From Felis catus (taxonomy: Eukaryota): 64,000 nt of DNA. The notes under the pieces are model-generated. The model was not told the origin of the DNA. It saw only the letters and a list, made by a program, of their open reading frames with translations, and searched no databases. The stretch is from assembly GCF_018350175.1 (NCBI RefSeq), contig NC_058368.1, forward strand, positions 105,712,001-105,776,000. Direction: 5' to 3'. Below are positions 62,347 through 64,000 of this stretch, in pieces. The stretch's first letter is position 1. Each line of letters begins with the position of its first letter. The position numbers and the translations under genes were made by a program.

Positions 62347-64000
62347 CTAATCAAGGGAAGGAGGAAAAGATGATTGAGAAAGGCCTCCATTAAATAGCTT
62401 TTACAAGGGATTTTTTTTTTTAAAGAGTATCAGAGTACTCATGGTTGATTAGGTCAGATCATATAACCCTGAATATATTCTTGTTTCAGACCCTGAAGAA
62501 TTTCTCACACACATCTATGGGAACTGAGATGAAAGCAAACTCCCATGGCAGTAAAACAACGCCAACTAAAGCAAAACTCTATATCCTTTTCTCCCCCCCA
62601 AATGCAACTTAAATTGAAAATAAGTAAAAATGTCAATGTTTTAGTTTCCATTCTACATCAATTAGGAATTATCCTACTACGGTTTTTAAAAAACACATAC
62701 GGGATTACATTTTAAAATGTGGAATAACTAAATACATTTAAAAATTTATAGCTAATTTTCACACTAATTATTTGAGCCAACAGAGGCAGCACAATTTTTT
62801 TTTTTTTTCTATTTGGCTTCAGGATATGTTTTCGTACTTCCATTTGAATATGGGTATATTTGACATTCTGGGAATTAACTTTAAATCTAGAATAATACAG
62901 AAACATGGCAGAGGGCAAACTTGGGAGGCTTTGGGAGGTGTCCAGTTTTCCTATTGTACCTCCCTGCACTTACCCGTTCAGCTTACTCAATGCTGGGACT
63001 AGTCTATCCCCTTACACGTTAATCAAAGGTCTGCTTTCTTTTAAGCTTTCACTAAAGCAGAAAACCTGGCCATTTACATAAGCCTTAATCTATTTTTCTT
63101 CTAGTTCAGTAAGCAGAGAAAGGTCGAAAGTCAAACAAAACTACAATTAGGTACACTGGGAGCTAATTGCTAATACATTTACAAGGAAATGAGCAATTGT
63201 AAGGGAAACCCAGTAGTTGGCCATCTTCTTTAAAGCACAAAGACCAATGAATACAGGGAAAAGTCATAAACGTGGATGATTACTGACCAGCAAACCTGAG
63301 CTTTTAGATTCTTTTGTTTTTTTTTATTTGCATATATATTTTTTAATGTACCAAAACAGGAAAAAATTATATTCTTGTAAATATAAGGAAAGAAATTTTA
63401 AACCCCACAATTTTCAGAAACGGTTGGCAATCTCTTTTTTGAATTCCTCTATTAATCTAATCATTCTTTTTTTCCCCATTTAGTCTGACAAGTTACTCTT
63501 GCCTACAAGCTGCGTCATGAAATAACTATAAGCCTGTGTGTCTTCTTGGAATGTTCTCATAAAAAAATTTATCAGATTCAGACATTCCCTGAAATAATAT
63601 CTTCATTTGAGGTTTAGCAGTTAGCCACTGAAGGCACAGTGGTACAAATCAAAATTGACCAATTCCCTAGAGAGAATTGGGAATTCTCTCTCTAAGAGAG
63701 AGCAGAATTCTAACATGAACTGACTTCATGAGAAGCAAATACATAATGTGGTGCTGTTACCATCAGATTTAATCCAACAAAATGAAACCATGTGTGCAAA
63801 ATTAGGACCTATTGCATCTTATACTGCTATCTAAGTGCAGTGCTTCTTAATAAAACTGAACGTGGATTCAGAACAGAAAGGAGGCTAGAAATTTACACTT
63901 TAATCACCAAATATATTGATCAATCACTCCAGGATAAGGAACACTATAAAAGAGAACAGAACACAGTAAAGTAGGAAGCAGCACAAAGGTGAAACACCAC

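Overview
Mammalian genomic DNA from a felid, judged by many feliform CanSINE (SINEC_Fc-type) copies. The whole window lies inside the fibrillin-2 gene (FBN2) on the minus strand. I located 20 consecutive coding exons (conventional exons 8-27, numbered by analogy to the 65-exon fibrillin scheme) from 62346 down to 1549. All have AG/GT boundaries, are phase 1-1 and are multiples of 3, splicing to 2646 nt (882 codons) with no stop. They encode cbEGF2, TB1, the Gly-rich region diagnostic of FBN2, EGF4, cbEGF3-6, TB2, cbEGF7-9, hybrid 2, cbEGF10, TB3 (with RGD) and cbEGF11-13. Introns hold about 23 CanSINEs, L1, L2 and MIR remnants, an MLT1 LTR and simple repeats. I found no convincing novel gene or multi-part system. 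The best leads are RNA-processing and regulatory hypotheses: candidate poison micro-exons, an in-frame alternative donor, inverted young SINEs, a (UG)n tract after the Gly-rich exon, a homeodomain/MEIS motif cluster, a GC/CpG-rich domain and overlapping inverted repeats. Repeat-family calls and cross-species comparisons come from recalled consensus sequences, not from searches.
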